A stretch of 64,000 nt of DNA from Eutreptiella sp. 'Long Island Sound 2002' (GCA_964036045.1 OZ038378.1:54622001-54686000), one strand, 5' to 3'; positions 48,050 through 59,994 are shown, numbered from the stretch's first letter. Translations and numbers: made by a program. The notes: generated from the letters alone by a model not told the origin.

Positions 48050-48740
48050 ATAAGGCAAGTCCACAGACTCGAGTGTGACATAGCTGACATCTGGGAAAAG
48101 ATCACGGTAACACGGAGTACTTCCATCAAAGACTTGTGGAAAAGGGTAGCGACGGACGCTGACTTGCGGTGGGAGGCCATAAGGGGTGCCTTGGCGGTCG
48201 AGGCTTACTGCCCCACGGGCCTATGGTGTGTAGGGCTGCATGACAAAGCGAGTACGGTGATATCTGAGGCGTCGGAAGTGCTGAAGGAGGGGCGGGAATA
48301 TTGGGACAAGGTGTACGCAGAGAAACGTGTGCACTTGCCAAAGTGTTTAGCAAACTCGTGTGGTGCCACAAAGTGGCGGGATGTGCGGCGGACTGGGAGG
48401 ACGTCCTATAGTACACTATCCAAGACTTAGACGAGGCGGTCAAGTCAGCCATCGCCGACGACAAGGCTCCGGGGTCTAACCATATCACCGCGCGACTCAT
48501 CCTAGCTTTCCCGAGGCCGCTCCAGCACATGCTTGCTTTGCCCACCGGGCCATTCTCAGGGGCACGTCTCCCCTGGAGTCATGGTTGGAGGTGCTGGTAT
48601 GGCTTCAGGCAAAGGGTACCGTGACGCATGTCGCCCAATTTCGTTGGTACAGCAGCACATGCGCATGCTGATGACCCCGCTCATGAAATGCTTCATTGGG
48701 GTCCTCCACAAGAAGGGTTGGTCGTGTGAATGGCTGTACG
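48050..48740 (+). pseudogene. LINE linker and RT N-terminal remnant
   Basis: EYWDKVY, DKAPGSNHIT (KAPGPDG-like), CRPISLV (YRPISL-like) and WLYGS (QYGF-like), in the expected order. Confidence 0.75.
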
Positions 48741-48749
48741 GATCTCCCT

Positions 48750-49490
48750 CCAGTTTGTATACAGTTCACACCTGGAACTTGCAACGATCGCGGCTAGTGG
48801 TCGTTCCCATTTGTCACAGAGCAATGACTCAACTTCTTGCAATTGGGCTCTAGGGCTGCTTTGGCCATCAGTTAGGGCATGGCACACTACGTCCAAGATG
48901 TCAAATCCACAAACTTGTTGCGTATCAACTGTTCCAGTCTATGATGGCTGCGTGGTATTAGAGCATGGGGGTGGAGGCACGTCCCATTCCTCCACGGCTA
49001 GAGGGGGGGCTAGCAGCAGAGGCATTTGGGGACGCAGTCGCAGGGAGGCCGCTATTACCATGTAGGTGTGGCGAGGTGGGGGGCACAACACACGGGGAGG
49101 AGGGAGTATTTGCGGCATGGGATTTTGTGTGATGCAGAGTTTTTCAAACCTCAACCTCCTTCCACTTTTGCAAGACCCATCGCGACTCATCACTTCTCAC
49201 CTTCAAAACACCACATGCATCCCTCGCAATAGAGGCATCATAAGAAAAATTTCCGATGGCACTGCCCACAAGTAAAGGGAGGGGGTATGGCTGCATCGAG
49301 CGCCACCGCTTGCACCCGTGGTCCAGTTCCCGCTTCACAAGGGATGCAAGGGCAAAGGACCCAGTGTCAGGGATACCGTCCGATGAGGAAACACAATGAC
49401 AATCCTAATCGGAGTGTAACTATTCTTGGCTCTTTTGGGCGGCTTTCTTTTTATTACAACGGAGGACATCACTTGCTCCCCCCCTGGCGC
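48750..49490 (-). pseudogene. Possible AP endonuclease remnant of a LINE
   Basis: Weak motifs AIIDWNS (GDWN-like) and SRDRCKF (SRIDR-like). It continues on the same strand as the Ulp1-like segment across the 49494-55769 insertion. Confidence 0.3.
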
Positions 49491-49989
49491 AAAGCCCTAG
49501 AGACCTATGTCAAACCCAATATGTTTAATATTTAGGGCAAAAGTTGATGTGTTAACCCAAAGTTGACCCTTTATTTTTGGGGAAGGGGGCGGACGGGAGA
49601 AACTCTACCCCCGCGGGGTGCCTTACGGGATCCGGTGTAATTTTCACGTGCGGGTTAGGGGGGGGGGGCTCACCTCATTGCATGGAAAAAAAATATCAAA
49701 ATGGTCCTTGGGTTGAATGTTTGAGTTTAATTTTTCGCTTAATGTTTGAAAATTAAAATTAAATCAAATTGAAAATCTAAGCGTCGCCGACGATAATATT
49801 AACCTGTCAAATATTAACCCAATTTTCGAACAATTAACCCTGTCTGACAATCCTTACGCGGACACCAGAACACACCAAAAACCTTCTCAATGACATCCAG
49901 TATTGATTACCGGCTCCAATGCCAGCATTGCACCTGTACCACAGGTGGTCCCACCTGTACGTTACACCTTTTGAGACCCCGTTTCCGGG

Positions 49990-51930
49990 TCCCACTATTG
50001 CTAGGTTGGATCAGAGGTGGGGTTAGCAGTGGGTTTGTTTTGTCCCTTGGGGTTACTCGGGGGGTTCATTTTGGGGTTTGTCGGGGTGTTAGTCTTCGGG
50101 CCAAGTTGCCCCAAGGCTGGGGCGGGGCGGGGCGGGGGTGCCTTTCCCCTTGCCATTGCGAACACATTCCAAGTGTTCTCGGGCACCTTGGGGGGTGGGG
50201 AAAAGGAGGCCACGGGCCACCTCGTAGAGCTTGGGGTGGTATGGGTATTCCACCTAGACCACCCCCGCTTTCCTCCGGTGGACACCGGTGACGGTGCCCA
50301 CCTCCACACCCGTGCGTTACGGGACGTGGACTTTGGTGCCGACGGGGGGGTTGTCGGCACCATCCCCCCTCCCCTTGGGGGGGAGGTTGTCTTGTGGCCT
50401 TTGTGGCCGGGGAGCGCTTGGGGGGGGTGGGGGGCGTTTCCCTTTGGGGGGGGGGGGGGGTGGCTCCACCAGATGAGTCATTGGACTCAAAATGCCATCT
50501 GGAGCTTTTCTTGTCACCATTTTTGGTGGCTGAGGGTTTGGGGTGTGGTGGTTTGGCCTTGGGGGGCGGGGGGGGCAAGAATCCTCTTTCATGGCTTCGT
50601 CAGCCTCCCAATCGCCCCCCATCATCCTTGCCCATATCCCCTCATCCTCCGCCCCCGTGTACCCCATCTGACCTAACGTGGCCCACTCCCCAGCCCTGTA
50701 CCTCCCTGCACCCAACCACACCTCCGAGCAGAGGCTCCCCCTGAAACCCCTCAAGATGGCCGACCCCAAGGGCGGGTCGGCCGTGACGAGGCGGTGCAGG
50801 TGCCCAAATGGCACCTCATGTGCCGCATCGCACTCCGGCCAGGACACAACCACGGGCCGCCTGTCCGTGGCGTTGATCACTATGTCCGCAATGAAACAGG
50901 CAAAACAACAGTTAATTTGTGTGACAATTTTTTTCATGTTTCGCAGTTAACGATAACTCTCAATAGTAATTTTTGCGACCACGACCAAAAAATGAAACGT
51001 TAACCTACAAAAACTAAGCCAAGGCGAAATATTAACTAGCAAACAAACATACATAGCCAAAATCCGTCGGCGCTCCTTGCGCCTGGGCCGCGGCGGGGTC
51101 ATATACGGCGCGCAGGGGGGCCAGTATAGGAGTCCACTAGGCCGCAAAAGGGACCCCCTTCCCCTACCGCCACTGGCGGCACCATCCGAGCGTGACCTAA
51201 TGCTGGAGGGCCACGTGGAAACGGGCGGTCCACAACCGCAGACCTCTCGGGTCGCCGCACAAGGTGAGCGAGCTCAGCTACCCGACGCCGTTGCCCTCCG
51301 GTATTGGGCTGAGCAACTCGCCGGGGAGGGGGCGCCAGGTCCACGCGGCCCCCTCGCTAACTTCTTGCCGCCAGGTGCCTTTGTATTCGCCTTGCCGGCA
51401 AATGACACACTCAAGGGCCATATACACGTGCGACACGCCCGCAAACAAGGGTTGATCCCTTGCGCAGCCCTCTTGGATGGCCCGTGCCGACCACGGCACC
51501 AGTGCGGCCTTGCCGGTGGCCGGGAAACCGGGCCCTACAGCTGTTAGGAAAAGCTGGGGGAGGGTTAGTTTCCTCGGGGTGTCGGAGGGGGGTTGGCCTC
51601 CACCACATCCCCCTCCCCCCCCTTCAAACACCCCATCCCCCCCCCGTCTACCACCACCTCCCTAGTTTCCCCCGCCTTGATCCCCCCGCCCCTGGCCTAG
51701 CTGTCACCCGGGCTCTCTCATTTTCTCTTCTTTTCCCTCTTCTTCTCCTTGTTCCTCTCCTTTCGCTCCCGCTGCGAGTGAGAGGAGTCGTCCCTTGAAT
51801 CCTCTCCCCCTTGACTCGCCGGGGGGGCTCTCGCTGGTGGTGGTGGTGGTGTTGGTGGTGGAGTTAGAGCCGCTGCTGCTGCTAGAGCTGCCACAGCTTG
51901 CAAGCGTTGCGCCATGTGGGTCATCCGCAG
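49990..51930 (-). pseudogene. Partner gene copy 1 with Tudor/royal-family-like domains
   Basis: AQRLQAVAA, then an Arg/Lys/Glu run, AVYDPAAAQAQGAPTDFGY, an intron (donor at 51052), VVVSWPECDAAHEVPFGHLHRLVTADPPLGSAILRGF and VGTKVHVP..GVEVGTVTGV..VEYPYHPKLYEVARGLLFPTPQGAREHL. Confidence 0.7.
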
Positions 51931-52206
51931 AGAAAAAACAAAGCAAAATTTCGCATTGAGAAATAATACTTGCGAGGTTCATACTGAAGCACCTAATATT
52001 AACTAATATATCAGACATTAAAAGTCGCCGGCGTTAACATCAACCTCTCAAATATTCACCCAATTTTCGAACCTTTTCGAAACCCTGTCTAAAAATCCCT
52101 ACAAGCACACAAGAACACACCAAATACGTTCTCAATGAGTTCAAGCATTGATTACCGGCTACAATGCCGGTATTGCACCCGTACCACAGGTGGTACCACC
52201 TGTACG

Positions 52207-54275
52207 TTACACCTTTTGAGACCCCGTTTCGGGGTCAAATAATTGTTGGGTTGGGTCGGGGGTGGGGTTAGGAGTGCGGTCTTTTTGTGCCTTGGGGTTA
52301 CTCGGGGGGTTAGTTTTGGGGTTTGTCGGGGGGGTTAGTCTTCGGGCCAGGCTGCCTCCAGGCTGGGGGGTGGTGGTGGTGCCTTTCCCCTTGCCGTTGC
52401 GAACACAATCCAAGTGTTCTTGGGCACCTTGGGGGGTGAGGAATCGGAGGCCATGGGCCACCTCGTAGAGCTTGGGGTCGTCTGGGTATTCCACCTAGAC
52501 CACCCCCGCTTTCCTCCGATAGACACCGGTGACGGTGCCCACCTCCACGCCCGTGGGGTACGGGAAGTGGACTTTGGTGCCGACGAGGGGGTTGTCGGCG
52601 GCATCCCTAACCTGGTGTTGTTTTGGGGGCGGGGGTGGCCTTTGTGGCCGGGGAGCGCTTGCGCAGGGGGGGGGGGGGTTTCTTGTTGGGGGGGGGATGG
52701 CTCCATCCGATGAGTCATCGGACTCGAAATGCCATCTGGAGCTTTTCTTGTCAGGCGTTTTGGTGGCTGGGGGTTTGGGATGTGGTGGTTTGGCCTTGAG
52801 GGGGGGGGGGGGGGCAAGAATCCTCTTTCACGGCTTCCTCACCCTCCCAATCACGCCCCATCATCCTTGCCCATATCCCCTCATCCTCCGCCCCCGTGTA
52901 CCCCATGTGTCCTAACCTAGCCCACTCCCCAGCCTTGTACCTCCTTGCACCCCCCGACACCTCCGAGCGGGCCCTCCCCTGCTCCCCATCCCTCAACCCT
53001 CTCAAGATGGCCGACCCCAAGGGGTCGGTCGTGACGAGGCGGTGCAGGTGCCCGGGTGGCACCTCATGTGCCACATCGGGGTCCCGCCAGTACACAAGCA
53101 CGGGCCGCGCGTCCGTGGCGTTGATGACCACAGCCGCAATGAAACAGGCAAAACAACAGTTAATTTCTATGACAATTTTTTTCATGCTTCGCAATTAATG
53201 TTAACTCTCAATTTTGTGACACCGATCGAAAAATGAAACGCTAACCTACAAAAACTAAGCTAGGTCGAAATATTAACTAGCAAACAAGCACACATAGCCA
53301 AAACCAGTCCGCGCTCCTTGCGCCCAGACAGCTGCCATCGCTGTACGAAAGGGTGGAGGACGGCCACATTAGCGAACGAAGTGGGGGTGTTCCGCGTACC
53401 ACCTCCCCCCGACACCTCATACTGGTGCTGCGCGGTGGGGTCATATACGGCGCGCGGGGGGGCCAGTACAGGAGTCAACTTGACCGCAAAATGGACCCCC
53501 TTCCCCTAGCACGACTAGCGGCACCATCCCAGCGTGAGGTAATGTTGGAGGGCCACGTGGAACCGTGCGGTCCACAACCGCACACCTCACGGGTCGCCAC
53601 ACAAATTGAGAGAGATCAGCGACCTGATGCCAATGCCCTCCGGTATTGGGCTGAGCAGCTCGCCGGGGAGAAGGCGCCAGGTCCACGCGCCCCCCTCGCT
53701 TGCTGTCTCACTGTCCCCCCGCAAGGTGGCTTTGTTTTCGCCTTGCCGGTGAATTTGGCACCGCACGAGGTGGCAAAAGACCCACTCAAGGGTCATATGC
53801 GCGTGCGACGCGCCCGCGAACAAGATTGATCCCTTGTGCAGCCCTCTTGGATGCAGACCACGGACAGCCGCGGAAGTGGGCACCAAGCCTTTTGGGAAAT
53901 ATTGGGGGAGGGTTAGTTTGGTGGGGGTGTCGGGGGGGTTTGGCCTCCACCACATCCCACGCCCCCCCCTCAAACACCCCATCCCCCCCCTCGTCTACCA
54001 ACACCTCCGTAGCTTCCTCTAGCTTGACCTCGTCGTGGGCTAGCTGTCCGCTGGCTCTCTTTCCTTCTCTTCTTCTCCGTCTTCTTCTCCTTCTTCCTTT
54101 CCTTTCGCTCCCGTTGCCGGTGAGAGGAGTCGTCGCTTGACTCCTCTCCCCCTTGACTGGGTGGGGGAGCTCTCGCTGGTGGTGGTGGTGGTGGTGGTGG
54201 TGGTGGTGGAGCTGGACGTGCTGCAGCTGCTGGAGCTGCCACAACTTGCAGGCGGTGCTCCATGCGGGACATCCA
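52207..54275 (-). pseudogene. Partner gene copy 2, a tandem duplicate
   Basis: Collinear with copy 1 over about 2.3 kb, including the 3' region (49860-49990 versus 52100-52230). The copies differ by independent indels, such as extra sequence near 53340-53430. Confidence 0.7.
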
Positions 54276-54452
54276 CTCGCATTTTTCGTATTCAAGAATA
54301 ATATTGGCGATTTTAATATTTAACCACCTAATATTAACTAATAAACCAAATATTAAAAGTTGATGGCGTTAATATTAACCTACAAAAACTAATCGAAACT
54401 GCCTAAAATTTACCGAACACAAAAAGCAAACAACAAGCAAAACAACCGCAAC

Positions 54453-55474
54453 CTTGTCCCACACACCCATCTTGTAAATCGAGCCCACCATGGGTGATAT
54501 GGAGACGCCAATGAGGCTTCTCACGAAGGGTTGGTCACCCCAGACGACCAACTAAGAGGGCACCCAATTGAAGTTCTTGCAGTCGAGGACCGTTTGCAAC
54601 ACCTACGAACAAACGGGAAACAATATTTGAATTAATTTTTCAGGATTAGTATTAGATTAAGTTTTCCGTCAGCGTTAATTTTTGCGAAATCGTAAGTATT
54701 AACCTCGAGAAATTACCGCAAAAACGAAAGCGGAACAAAACGACCCTCTACCTGTAGGTTCTTGGACCATATTGTTGCTGGTGCGGCCATGTCGTTATCC
54801 CCGCATACGGCCATACCAATCACCCATACATAGGCGGGTATTCGGCCCCATGCACCGTGGTTGAGGAGCCCAATGGAAAGTTGGGTCCAACTTCCACTTG
54901 CGCAAGGGTAGGCATCCCAACGGAGGAGGAAAGTGAGCGGCCGATTCCAATCGATGGTGTCCAGAAGGGGTGGACGCGATTGGATGTAGCAAGCCCCCCA
55001 TTCTACCGGCCAAGAGCGGCCGTTTGTGGGGGGATCCGCCACGAACACGGGTCGATGTAGCGCAAGCGGCTTGACGAACTCCTTCCATGTGCCCATGAGG
55101 CGGTCACGTGAAGGGATGGGACGGGAGACTGGGAGGCCTGTTGCGGCGGTGTACATGGCCCCCCAGGCGGTCATGAACTTTGACGCACGCTGAAAGCTGC
55201 CCTTGGGGACATTCAAGTCAATAAGTAACCCGATCCATTCGGGTGCGAGGTAGAGGACCGAGGCATATTGCTTCAGGGCCTCTATTTGCTTGTTGCGGAT
55301 GACGGGGAGTTGGGCAACCTCGGTGGCCTCGTACCACTGGGCCTTGGCCAAAGGGGATGAGGCCACCAACTCACCAAGAAGTTGGAATACCAAAGGGTCC
55401 CGCAAACTCTTGGCCCCACTCAAACGCGTGAGCGTCATACTAAGCCTGAGAAGGATGTCACGAGAGAGAGGCAT
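54453..55474 (-). pseudogene. RAG1/Transib-like transposase exons 1-2, with first and second catalytic Asp; 3' half deleted
   Basis: The ORF runs MPLSRD...LTFLLRWDAYP (Asp at 54914-54916)...KNLQ. A phase-0 GT-AG intron follows at 54603-54751, then VLQTVLDCKNFNWVPS*LVVWGDQPFVRSLIGV (Asp at 54534-54536). Confidence 0.8.
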
Positions 55475-55769
55475 AACAAGAGGTACACAAGAGAAAAGAG
55501 TGGTTGCGAGTACGGTGAGTCTGGGGACCGGAAAGGGATGAGTGGGGCTAAATAACCACCAATAGGACTATGGAACCCCCGTTGCAACCCGTTGGGCACC
55601 CTTTGACCACCCAAAAACTTCAAGTGGGCATGGTACGCACACAAGCAAAGCAGGGCAAATGTGCCAAAATCGGGTTAACGTGTTAACATTTGGAAGGTGA
55701 ATTTCTACCCCCTTACATACATTAAAAATCAAAATTAACAATTTTGGTTTTAGTGTAGGTCTCTAGGGC

Positions 55770-56500
55770 GAACAACGCCGCCAACGCCTTCCTCACTCTA
55801 CCATTAAGCGGGATGCCCACATACGTTTCGCTTTTTACCGCCTGGGCCTCAGCTTTGGGCAAGTACACGAGTATGTGTTGTTGTATGTGGGAGGCCGGCT
55901 GAGTGGTCACGAGGGTGATCCGGCCAGTAGAGCATGTGGAGGAGCGCAACATCACGTTGTATAGGGTGTGGACGGCGCATGCTCCGCAGATTGTGGAGTC
56001 GTCTACGGGTTGCCGGACCCATGCTTTGGAGACCAGCGTTACTATGTCAGTGCTGCTAGGGTGGTCTTGGGTGCCATCTACGGACACCAGCACTAGGACT
56101 CCCTGGGCGACTCTTTTTGGGTCACAATACGGATCCGCGTTGACGTTCCCTTGTTCCTCTTGGAGACACCTCGCATGCAGTATCTAGCGAGACCCAGCAT
56201 CATTCTGCAAGTGGTGTAGTTCAGTGCCTCCTTCTTCCACGAACACTGGTGCTTGCTCCTTGGGGTTCCTCTGCCTGGCCCTCTGTGGCTCGGAAAATAG
56301 AAGAGCACACGGGGCAACGGCGTGTCGAGGAGAAGTTGGATAGCCTCGTTAGACATCCACTTGCCGGCAGCCGCCCTTTTCATAGGGCCGAGGTGGGTAA
56401 CGTCACGTTCGAGGAAGCCATGACATCCGTTGCAATGAATACTCCGTGTTCGTGTTGAACTAGGGTTGCATTGTGCGCCACCATCCTTAGGGTGCGCAGA
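55770..56500 (-). pseudogene. Ulp1/C48 cysteine protease-like remnant
   Basis: GKWMSNEAIQLLL (WLNDEVIN-like) and VRQPVDDSTICGACAV (Q...CG catalytic Cys motif). The His motif is unclear. Confidence 0.55.
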
Positions 56501-57249
56501 GACAGGAGCGTTGCCGAGACAACCAACTGAGCAGTGTAGGTGAGCAGAGTATGGTATTCTTTGCAGCGGCATCCTATACCTCACTGGCCCATTTTACTGT
56601 GGCCAGGAGAATGTAATCAGTTAACATGCCCGGTGAGATTTGGACTCTAATGCTATTCTTCTCTCCTTTTTTTTCGTGAATTATTGTGCCTGGTCCAGCC
56701 CTCCAAACCCATCCACATTGTGCAGCGCTCGCCGCGACCGGCCCGTAAATGACAATCGTCGTCGTCCAAGGCATTTCCGAAGCTGGCACTTACCATCCCT
56801 CACAATTCCCTTTCAATTGCGTTGCGTGCATGCCAAACATGATCAATGTCCATTCCACCACATGGTAGGGCGGGCTAACATGGGGAAGCAGCTTAAGTGG
56901 GCACACCTTGCCCTATTTATGCAGTCCACATTCCATGTATACATTGGCCGTTCTCCTTCCACAGCAAGACCGGAATCCGCACTCGGGCCAAATTTGCTGG
57001 TTCGTGGAATTGTACAAAGAGGCTTCCTCCACGGGCTTTGCCGAGCCAGGTGCCCGTGGTCTCTTGTTGAAGGTCCGGGGATACACCTGTCGCTACTTTC
57101 CAAGTATGAGGCATGTTGAGTGAGAGAGCCCAAGGTTGGACAGTGACCTCTTGTAGCCCGAGGGAGGCAGCTTGACTCACGGGCCGCGGCAAAGCACTTC
57201 TTGTATAGATGCCCACCACTCGCCCCATGTCTTTCATGCCACTAGGGAA

Positions 57250-57750
57250 TTATCCGGTAGGACCGCAAGGAGTAGAAATTTGCGCTGCCATGAGCCGCAC
57301 CGTACTCCCCCTGGCCTGGCATACCATAGGTGGGCCTGGGGGGAAAGCTACTCTCAAGTTGTCAATTACCATCTCATTCACAATGGCAAGTGGTGTGATC
57401 CATATTGATTTCCCTCCAGGTGAGGCCATTGCCCAGTGGAAGCGTCCACAAATCTCCGACGCGTGACTTACTCCAGTGAGACCCGTTTTCTGAGCTTGAT
57501 TCAGCGCCGTCACCACCACTTTGTTTGCCGATTCACGCTGGCATAGTTTGATGATCCCATCAGGCTCCGGCATTGTCACGATCGCTCGGAGATCACATTT
57601 TTCACTGTTCCTCAAGCCCTGGATATCGTGTGGGAACCTGCATGACGTTGCTCTTTTACATGACCCCCTGGGCCAGTATTTGCACAGCTCTACTTTGCCT
57701 GTCAGCTGTCGCGCCGGAGCGGAACTCGCTATCCATGATATTCTAGGCAT
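57250..57750 (-). pseudogene. ORF with a CCCH zinc finger
   Basis: KVELCKYWPRGSCKRATSCRFPHD is C-x7-C-x5-C-x3-H, at 57628-57684. Confidence 0.8.
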
Positions 57751-57799
57751 ACCACATGTGTACCTTTGGATCTGAATCTCGTGCGCAGGTGGTGTTCGG

Positions 57800-59630
57800 T
57801 CTTCACCGCGTATCCTTTTGGGACGTCACATTAGCAATTGATGTTAATGTGAGCTGCTGGGAGGCGCAACTTGCCATGCAAAACTAGAATGACCGCGAAA
57901 TCCCCTACCTCCGGACAGCAAATCGGCTTCGGCCTTCTGTAGGTATCCCCCTTGAGCACCACCATCGCCAGGTGCTTGTTCCCAATCGGGGTTGCCGGGT
58001 ACCCTTTCTCTTGTGCCGGCTCATCCAACTGTTTTGGAACGTCATCAAGCATCTGCCCCTCATCAATGGGCAAGCGGTTCCCACTACCCCTTTCCGGAGG
58101 CGGCTGAATCGTTTGGCCCGACCGCATTTCCCGTATCGCCTCTCGTGATCCTACATGCCCGGATCTTGGCATTAGTCGCGCTTCATGCCCTGGTGGGAGC
58201 ATCTAGTAGTTCCCCACGACGTAATCAAAAATGGATCGTGGTGTACTGAGCGATGGCATTGGGAGTTGGAATGCTCTAAGTGTGGTGTCGTGCGTGCTTT
58301 TGATCGGTTTGTTAGGGTCCTTTTCGTGAGCATTTTCAAGCTTCTCATTCGAGGCACCGAGAGGTACAGCATCCCCATGCACCTCAGCCGAGTCTCCTTG
58401 TGACCGCCTTCTCGGGGGTTGGTCCTTCCTCGCAAGTTCCTCTCGTGCACGGGCACCCTCTGATGCCTCCTTTGGGGAAGTTGAAGCTTGTCCTCCTCCA
58501 CTGCATTTGCCGTCATCGTGCCTATCATGAGGGGCCTGTGGTTCTTCGCCAATAATCGCTCCCTCTGTGTCGCGGGCTGTGTGGGTCATTGTGCCACCAT
58601 CTACCTCGCTGTCCTGCGTCGGGGTTAGACTCGATGAACTGTCGCCACGGACACCCTCTACTGCCATCATGTCCGCGTCTGCACCGTCCTTGACGACGTT
58701 GAAACGGGATATGCGGATTTGAAGTGGGTGATGCCTGTAGTTCGTTCAAGTCACCCGTTATTGACTTGGCAATTACGCCGTGTTGTTGTGACCTTGTCAT
58801 TTCTGCTGCCGACCCGCTTGGTCCTCTTGGCCGTTCTTCGTTTTTCCGCGCCTCTGTGGGGGTTTCACGCTGAAGCATGTCGCCCTTGGGGCGTTGACTC
58901 AAACCTGGGTCTTGATATGTAGCGGGGTGAGACATGCCCCCCCACCGGTGTTGGTAACTCCTTCCGGGTGGAAAGTTGTGCTTTCCCGGTTGCGGTACAT
59001 GTGGATGCCATGGGTAGTGGAGGAACGGGTGCGGACACGCAGCACGTGCTTGGAGGATCGGGTTCCGAAGTCCAGCCATAACGTCATGGCGTGTGTGGAC
59101 TGGGTACCACCGCAGGTGGGATACTTGTACGGATGAAGCGCTTACCCGCTACTGCCAAAGCGGTTGTTGCCATGGTTGATGCATTTATGGAGCCGGGTGG
59201 CGTAGACTCAGGCCTTTCCTGGGAGCTTCTTCCATGGACGTGTCGGAAATGTAGGTGCGGACCAACGTGAAGTGGCTTGGAGTTGGTGCCCACATTTTTG
59301 CGTGGTAGTGCCCCCATGGAGTGAGGCAAGCATTCGATCCTGGCGTTTGCTGTGGCCGCAAGATCATGTGCATTTCCTGCTCTAGGGCCTCATTGAACAT
59401 CTCATGCACCTATTGGCACCATCTTGCATGTTTGTTGGGTTCGTACTACTGGATCGCATGGAAGAGATCTTCGTATAAGAATGTGTGCATGGACTTGAGT
59501 ATGCTCTCTAGCCGCCTCGCTCTTGTGCGTTCTACATGGACAGCCGCCATTGTGTGCGTGCCTGCCCGGTGCATTGGCAGGGGTCACGGGGGGGGGGCGA
59601 CCCCTGGGATCTGGACGCCTACTAACCCCC
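57800..59630 (-). pseudogene. Decayed ORF1-like or unknown coding region upstream of the CCCH and Ulp1-like segments
   Basis: A chain of minus-strand ORF fragments (59402-59632, 59185-59409, 58899-59087, 58203-58670, 57831-58202) on the same strand as the CCCH and Ulp1-like segments. No diagnostic motif. Confidence 0.3.
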
Positions 59631-59656
59631 AACTAACTGTTGGCCGGAGGCCCCTT

Positions 59657-59690
<34 letters not shown>

Positions 59691-59794
59691 TCTAAGGGGG
59701 AGTTCAGGGAGGGCGAATGGGGGGGGTATAGGGGGGGCGGGGGGGGGCTCCGGGAGGGTCGGTTGGGGGGGGGGGGGCTCCAAGTGGGGCAATT

Positions 59795-59994
59795 NNNNNN
59801 NNNNNNNNNNNNNNNNNNNNNNNNNNNNNNNNNNNNNNNNNNNNNNNNNNNNNNNNNNNNNNNNNNNNNNNNNNNNNNNNNNNNNNNNNNNNNNNNNNNN
59901 NNNNNNNNNNNNNNNNNNNNNNNNNNNNNNNNNNNNNNNNNNNNNNNNNNNNNNNNNNNNNNNNNNNNNNNNNNNNNNNNNNNNNNNNNNNNNN
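59795..59994. other. Assembly gap of 200 N
   Basis: A run of N, preceded by long G tracts. Confidence 1.

Larger units (their letters stand above)
49494..55769 (-). mobile_element. RAG1/Transib-like transposon, subfamily A, with both TIRs: transposase 5' half plus two tandem partner-gene copies
   Basis: Left end GCCCTAGAGACCTATGTCAAACCCAATATGTTTAAT; right end (reverse complement) GCCCTAGAGACCTACACTAAAACCAAAATTGTTAAT. The first 14 bp are identical and about 40 bp are imperfectly matched. Confidence 0.85.

Noticed and set aside
48843-48856. Missing right TIR of the 44035 element (GGGCTCTAGGGC)
   Set aside because: The match is only partial, lies within another coding remnant and lacks the AT-rich subterminal tract.
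49495-49507. piggyBac element, because CCCTAGA resembles the piggyBac TIR start
   Set aside because: There are no TTAA flanks, and the encoded protein has RAG1/Transib-type motifs.
53786-54295. Poly-His protein
   Set aside because: It is an alternative frame of the poly-Pro (CCA)n run of the partner gene.
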